This document shows positions 29,902 to 34,629 of a stretch of DNA of 34,629 nucleotides, in pieces. A model generated the notes under the pieces. It worked only from the letters and a program-made list of their open reading frames with translations, made no database searches and had not been told where the DNA came from. Location of the stretch: the IMG/VR virus record IMGVR_UViG_3300045988_119421, positions 1-34,629 of that record, one strand, 5' to 3'. Each line of letters starts with the position of its first letter. Within the stretch, counting starts at the first letter, position 1. Source of the stretch: a virus. Made by a program: the position numbers and the translations under genes.

Positions 29902-30240
29902 TTAGTTTTTTGATTGGTAGTCGCGAACTAGCTCTTTTATTTTGTTTAGAACTATTTTCTCGCTGTCTACTGGACAAGCAATAGTTCTATCTGCTACATC
30001 TTTTAGTAGTTTTTGTAGTTTAGTATTTTCTTTAACTAAAATTGTGTTATTATGTACTTCTTGTTTTCTTAGATCTTTTAATTGTTTGTTTTCAAAACTT
30101 AAATCTCTAACTTGTCTTGCTAATTCAACATTTCTTGAATTTGACTCGTCTATTTCTGTTTGTAATGTTTCTTTATAGTAAATAAAACCTAATAAAACAA
30201 TTAGTATTACTAATGCTAAAAACAATGCCATATTCTTCAT
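29902..30240 (-). CDS. small single-pass membrane protein with coiled coil
   Basis: 112 aa, N-terminal TM segment MALFLALVILIVLLGFIYY. Confidence 0.55.
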   Translation of the reverse strand: MKNMALFLALVILIVLLGFIYYKETLQTEIDESNSRNVELARQVRDLSFENKQLKDLRKQEVHNNTILVKENTKLQKLLKDVADRTIACPVDSEKIVLNKIKELVRDYQSKN

Positions 30241-30300
30241 CTCCTTTCTTGTATCTTTTATTTAAATAATGTATAATATCCTCAAAGTGAGGTTATTATT

Positions 30301-30615
30301 ATGGATAAAAATAGTTATAAAGTTTTAAAATTTTTCAATGCTCATTCTACTGAATTTTATTCTGCTAGTACAATCAATAAAATATTTCCTGAATTACTTC
30401 CTAAAGATATATTAGAAATACTTCACTATTTGCGTTCTAATGAATATTTAAGAATAATTAGTAGTAACCTTTACCAAGCTACCAATAAAGGAAAAACATA
30501 TCATCATGTAAGAATCTCTAAATGGCTTTCTGAACATATCATTGAAACATTGGCTTTAATTGTTGCTTTTATTGCCTTAATCGTTTCTATCGTTGCTCTT
30601 GTAAGAACTTTCTAG
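30301..30615 (+). CDS. winged-helix-like protein with C-terminal TM helix
   Basis: 104 aa, plus strand inside a minus-strand cluster; C-terminus ETLALIVAFIALIVSIVALVRTF. Confidence 0.6.
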   Translation: MDKNSYKVLKFFNAHSTEFYSASTINKIFPELLPKDILEILHYLRSNEYLRIISSNLYQATNKGKTYHHVRISKWLSEHIIETLALIVAFIALIVSIVALVRTF

Positions 30616-31074
30616 GTTTCTAATAAGATATAACTTCTCTAGTTCTTCAATATTTGTATAAACTGTTTCAGATAGAATTTCATTCGAATATCTATTTCCT
30701 TTTGAATCGACTCCAGTTAATCTTGTAAGTATTTCATCAATTAGTTGGTTAATGCTTTTTATTCTAAAGTTAGAATCTAAACTGTTATCTTTTACTTGTT
30801 CTTTAAAAAACATATCTTCTTTTTCTTGTTCTTGCATCAATTTTTCCAACACTTCTCTATCTTTCATCTCTTCCTCCTACCCAAACATTTCTGTCAATTT
30901 CTTATCCATTTTATTTAGAAATTTCCATAAATTCTTATACAAATTGATTTTGAAAACTCTATAAAATATAAGTTGTACTAATAACATCATTCCTATTGCT
31001 CCAAACAATTCTAACATTAAAGTTAAGCCACATAGCGCAACATCTAAATAATAACTAATCATTTGTTACACCTC

Positions 31075-31365
31075 CTATCTATAAATTTGTTCCATTATTC
31101 TGTAAAATTCTTCTTTGTCTATTCTTATACCCGCTGTTCCTATTTTTTTCTTGCAACTTTCCATTTCTGGTCTTTTCATTGTTTTATAAACCTGTTGTAC
31201 ACAACAGCCTAATTCTTCTGCTAATTCTTTTACAGTCGAGTATTTTGTTCTTGTTCTGCTACATATGTTTGTCGCCATTTTTATCTCCTTCCTAATTTCG
31301 TTCATAGATGTTCTTATCTTTATTTTTGTTTGTTTAGCTGACATTTGAAAGTAAAAAAATATCAT
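31075..31365 (-). CDS. helix-turn-helix (excisionase/MerR-type) protein
   Basis: TVKELAEELGCCVQQVYKTMKRPEMES...IRIDKEEFYRIM. Confidence 0.65.
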   Translation of the reverse strand: MIFFYFQMSAKQTKIKIRTSMNEIRKEIKMATNICSRTRTKYSTVKELAEELGCCVQQVYKTMKRPEMESCKKKIGTAGIRIDKEEFYRIMEQIYR

Positions 31366-31534
31366 CTTTCTTATAGTTTAATATCTTCTTTATATTTAAA
31401 GCTGTTTCTAGAGATGGAGATACATTTCCGTTCTCGTACCCTGTATACGTTGTCCTCGCAATATTTAGCTTCTCTGCCATCTGTTCTTGAGTATAACCTT
31501 TTTTCTTTCTAATCTCTATAAGTTTTTCTCTCAT
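31334..31534 (-). CDS. Cro-like HTH_3 regulator
   Basis: 66 aa: MREKLIEIRKKKGYTQEQMAEKLNIARTTYTGYENGNVSPSLETALNIKKIL. Confidence 0.85.
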   Translation of the reverse strand: MREKLIEIRKKKGYTQEQMAEKLNIARTTYTGYENGNVSPSLETALNIKKILNYKKDDIFLLSNVS

Positions 31535-31566
31535 AATTTCGCCTCCTCTTTGTTTGTTCTGCTGAC

Positions 31567-31595
31567 ATTATATACAATGTTCGTCTAGCTGTCAA
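31567..31595 (-). promoter_or_regulatory. consensus promoter for the Cro-like/early operon
   Basis: Minus strand TTGACA-N17-TATAAT. Confidence 0.8.
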
Positions 31596-31634
31596 TAGTT
31601 TTTTTTTAAAATTTTTATTTTTCTTTAAAAACGT

Positions 31635-31663
31635 TTGCAAAACTGACAATAGAATGTTATAAT
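31635..31663 (+). promoter_or_regulatory. promoter for the CI-like repressor
   Basis: Plus strand TTGCAA-N17-TATAAT, with GAAAGGAG RBS before 31686. Confidence 0.8.
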
Positions 31664-31685
31664 TTTCTTAGAAAGGAGTGCACTT

Positions 31686-32033
31686 ATGAGTTTTGGAGAT
31701 AATTTAAAAAAAATTAGACAAGATTGTAATTTAACTCAAGAAGAACTTGCAAAAAAAATTAACACATCTCGTTCAAATATTGCTAATTATGAAAATAATA
31801 AAAATATGCCATCAATAGATGTTTTGAATAAGCTATCAGAAATACTTGATTGCAGTATAGACTATTTATTAGGTAAAACAGATGAGCGAAACCCAAAACA
31901 AGAAGACCCATTTGGGCTTGCTAAAATAGGATTTAATATGAAAGACTACACCCCACCTACAGAAACACAAAAGGCACAAATAGAAGAATTGATAAAGGTT
32001 ATTATGAAAGATAATAAGAAGGAGGGTAAATAA
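31686..32033 (+). CDS. CI-like HTH_3 repressor
   Basis: 115 aa: MSFGDNLKKIRQDCNLTQEELAKKINTSRSNIANYENNKNMPSIDVLNKLSEILDCSIDYLLGKTDE. Confidence 0.9.
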   Translation: MSFGDNLKKIRQDCNLTQEELAKKINTSRSNIANYENNKNMPSIDVLNKLSEILDCSIDYLLGKTDERNPKQEDPFGLAKIGFNMKDYTPPTETQKAQIEELIKVIMKDNKKEGK

Positions 32034-32035
32034 AT

Positions 32036-32929
32036 ATGCATAATTTGGTTTCTAGCGAACAAACTATTGAAACCACTAAAGAAAAAGAATATAAAAAGTT
32101 TATTAATTTTGGCAAATTATCTTTAATAGAGCCTTCTCTTTTAGTTAACGATAGTAATTTTGTTGATGAAATAAAAAAAGATTTAAAAGTTAAATTCAGT
32201 AATTCAAGTGAGTATACAATTGACACTTTTTTTGATGAAAAACAAGAAAAAGTAATTTCTCGAGAAGAAAAACTAGTATTTACCAAACTAAGCAGTAGTA
32301 CTAATCATTTTTTTGGAACCTTTTCACGTATTTCTAACAATAAAGATGTCTTAACAGATATTATGGATAACAAATCAAATGAAAAGATAGATCCAGAGAG
32401 TATATATTTTGAACATAACACCTTGTTTTACATAGACTTCTCTCTAAAGGCTATTTCATTTATAAAAACAAATCATATTAAGAATGTTTACCCTTTCTTG
32501 GAAATCTTTCTTAATAATAATAATATATTAAATGTTAAACTTTTTCCTTTAATAAAGACAGAGGAAGAAATAAAAGATACTATAATTACAGAATTAACTA
32601 TTTCTTGTGCAAATGTCCATACATCTAATGAAAAGTTTGTAGATCTTGAAAATCTTGAAAATATGGGCTGTAAAATTAAAGATTATAAACTCTCTGTTAC
32701 TTTAGAGGAAATTAAACCTCATTTTTCTGATGAAATATTATGTTTTCGAAACAAAAATAAAAACTGCTTAAAAAAAATGTCAATATCAACATTAAACGAA
32801 GATATTGACTTAATAAGTAACACTTTCACTAAATCTATTCCTATTAAATTAAACAATAATTATGAGCAAGATTATTCTACAATTGAAAGCACATTGAGAT
32901 TAGAACTATTTAATGCTATTCAAAGATAG
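32036..32929 (+). CDS. soluble protein of unknown function, cotranscribed with the repressor
   Basis: 297-aa ORF starting 3 bases after the repressor stop. Confidence 0.7.
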   Translation: MHNLVSSEQTIETTKEKEYKKFINFGKLSLIEPSLLVNDSNFVDEIKKDLKVKFSNSSEYTIDTFFDEKQEKVISREEKLVFTKLSSSTNHFFGTFSRISNNKDVLTDIMDNKSNEKIDPESIYFEHNTLFYIDFSLKAISFIKTNHIKNVYPFLEIFLNNNNILNVKLFPLIKTEEEIKDTIITELTISCANVHTSNEKFVDLENLENMGCKIKDYKLSVTLEEIKPHFSDEILCFRNKNKNCLKKMSISTLNEDIDLISNTFTKSIPIKLNNNYEQDYSTIESTLRLELFNAIQR

Positions 32930-33325
32930 CCTATAAATATAATATGCAGCCATTATAGTTTCTTCTAATCCAAGAATAAAGGATATAATAATTGTGTATA
33001 TATTAAATTTGAATAACCAAAAAATTATATTTATACATAAAAATATAGTTCCGAATGTTATAAGTCTTCCAAATATTACATGGTGATTATATTTTTTAAA
33101 GTACATCATAAATTCAGTATTTTTATTTAAACTAAGAAATATTGTCATCGCTGTAAATAAAAAACCAATCAATGTTCCAGAAATTCCTATTATTGTTGGT
33201 AAAAAACTATCATCATTTTGGATGCTTAATATTCGAAAGCTATATAGCACTGTCATTAGAAAGGCAGTAAATATTGGAATAACAATATAACAATATTTTT
33301 TAATAAAAAGTATAATTTTTCTCAT
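32906..33325 (-). CDS. small polytopic membrane protein
   Basis: 139 aa with 3-4 hydrophobic segments, convergent with 32036..32929. Confidence 0.6.
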   Translation of the reverse strand: MRKIILFIKKYCYIVIPIFTAFLMTVLYSFRILSIQNDDSFLPTIIGISGTLIGFLFTAMTIFLSLNKNTEFMMYFKKYNHHVIFGRLITFGTIFLCINIIFWLFKFNIYTIIISFILGLEETIMAAYYIYRLSLNSIK

Positions 33326-33509
33326 TTCATTCCTCGCTCTTTTAATATATTATTATTATATAAAAAACAAATTGATTATGCAAGACTTATTTTAGGTTTC
33401 AGCAAATGTATTATGTTTTATACTGAAAAATATGGAGAATTAACGATTAACTGCTATTAAAAGGCAGTTTATTTTATAAAAATACTGAAAATAATTATAA
33501 GGAGGATTT

Positions 33510-34629
33510 ATGGCGTTTACATATACAACTAGAAAAGATGGAAGACTAATGAAAAGAGTTTCTGTTAATGGAAGATTGATTACTTTATATTCAACCAATC
33601 CAAAAGATTTAGAAAAGCAATACATAGAAAAGAAAAGTCAGGACCATAAAGGCATTTTTATAAACGATGAAGGCATGACTGTTTCTGTTTGGGCTGATAA
33701 ATGGTTAGACACTTATAAATCAGATAAAGAATATGCAACCAAGAAAATGTATGCTGATTCAATTAGACTACATATAAATCCATATATAGGGAATATTCCT
33801 CTAAAATATCTCAAGCAATCAGATGTAGTTAATATGTTAAATCAATTAGATAAAAAAGGAATAACAAGAAAAAAAGATGTTGCACTATTAACTATAAAAC
33901 AAATTTTAAATAAAGCAGTAGAAAATGATTATATTTATAAAAATGTAGCAATTGGAATTAGCATAAAAAAGCATAAATCAGCTGAAAAAGAACCTTTAAA
34001 CGATAAAGTTATTACTGAAATAAAAAAACTCGCCAAAAGCGATTTTGATGCGTTTATGATACTATTTCTTTTATATACTCGGACTACGAAGAGAAGAATT
34101 AGTCCCTCTACAATATAAGGATGTAAATTTAGACGAAAAATACATTTTAATCAACAAAGCAGTAACATTTCAGAAAAACCAGCCTACAATTAAAAAAACG
34201 AAAAATGAAGAAGTTAGAAAAGTACCTATTTTTGATATATTATATAATGATTTAAAAATATTGAAATCTAATCATAAATCAAGCGAATATATTTTTCCTA
34301 ACACTTTAAATAAAATGATGTCAGAAACGTGCTTAAAAAGAAAATTGTCGTATGTACTAAAAGATATCAACTTGAAACTAAAATCTGACACACAAAAAGA
34401 TGTGTCAGAAAACGAAAAGGCAAATTGTGAATATGAAAATATAAAATTCACATTACATCAATTACGACATACTTATGCATGTATATTACATAAAGCAGGC
34501 ATAGATATTAAACAAGCTCAAATTTGGATGGGACATAAAGATATTAAAGTTTTATTGAATATATATACGCACTTAGATTCACAAGATAATGTAAAATCTA
34601 TCGAAAAAGTGAATCAATTTTTAGGATAA
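33510..34629 (+). CDS. int: tyrosine recombinase/phage integrase with +1 shift
   Basis: ORFs 33510..34118 and 34261..34629 join at ACT C|GGA (CGG 34080-34082): ...LFLLYT-G-LRREELVPLQYKDVNLDEKYILINKAVTF...LHQLRHTYACILHKAGIDIKQAQIWMGHKDIKVLLNIYTHLD..., ~372 aa. Restores the catalytic TGLRxxEL box. Confidence 0.95.

Noticed and set aside
1400-34082. Random sequencing/indel error as the cause of all frame breaks
   Set aside because: All nine breaks insert one C before GG, none is in a homopolymer of C, and long genes such as the tape measure, portal and capsid are intact. A systematic artefact is not excluded and needs read-level checking.
1-34629. Diversity-generating retroelement, CRISPR-Cas or a retron
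   Set aside because: I saw no reverse transcriptase motif, no template/variable repeat pair and no regularly spaced repeats.

Overview
AT-rich temperate siphophage/prophage-like window, probably from a Firmicutes host. Late genes run on the minus strand: small and large terminase, portal, MuF-like minor head protein, scaffold, major capsid, head-tail joining, tail tube, gpG/gpGT chaperone, tape measure, tail and fibre. A minus-strand early/replication region follows, then a divergent repressor switch and a plus-strand tyrosine integrase at the right end. The standout signal is translational. I find nine in-frame CGG codons in real genes, and every one coincides with a +1 frame break. At each site, skipping the C and reading the next three bases as Gly (C|GGN) restores the full-length protein, usually inside a conserved motif: terminase SIR[G]EVPEG, integrase YT[G]LRREEL, YopX TI[G]QYTGLKDKNGKEIYEGDIV, gp10-like EK[G]HNEEG, tail EL[G]STSF. 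The affected genes are terminase large subunit, MuF minor head, gp10-like protein, a tail protein, the S74-chaperone fibre protein (twice), YopX, a small early gene and the integrase. In a manual scan I found no in-frame CGG in any intact gene, although out-of-frame CGG trinucleotides are common and cause no break. This points to systematic +1 recoding, either quadruplet CGGN=Gly decoding or an unassigned/starved CGG codon that forces +1 slippage. Other signals are a conventional -1 slippery site in the tail chaperone gene, a candidate structured leader RNA ahead of the late operon, terminator-like hairpins inside the late operon, a moron-like gene with its own promoter/operator and terminator, and several unlisted small ORFs.
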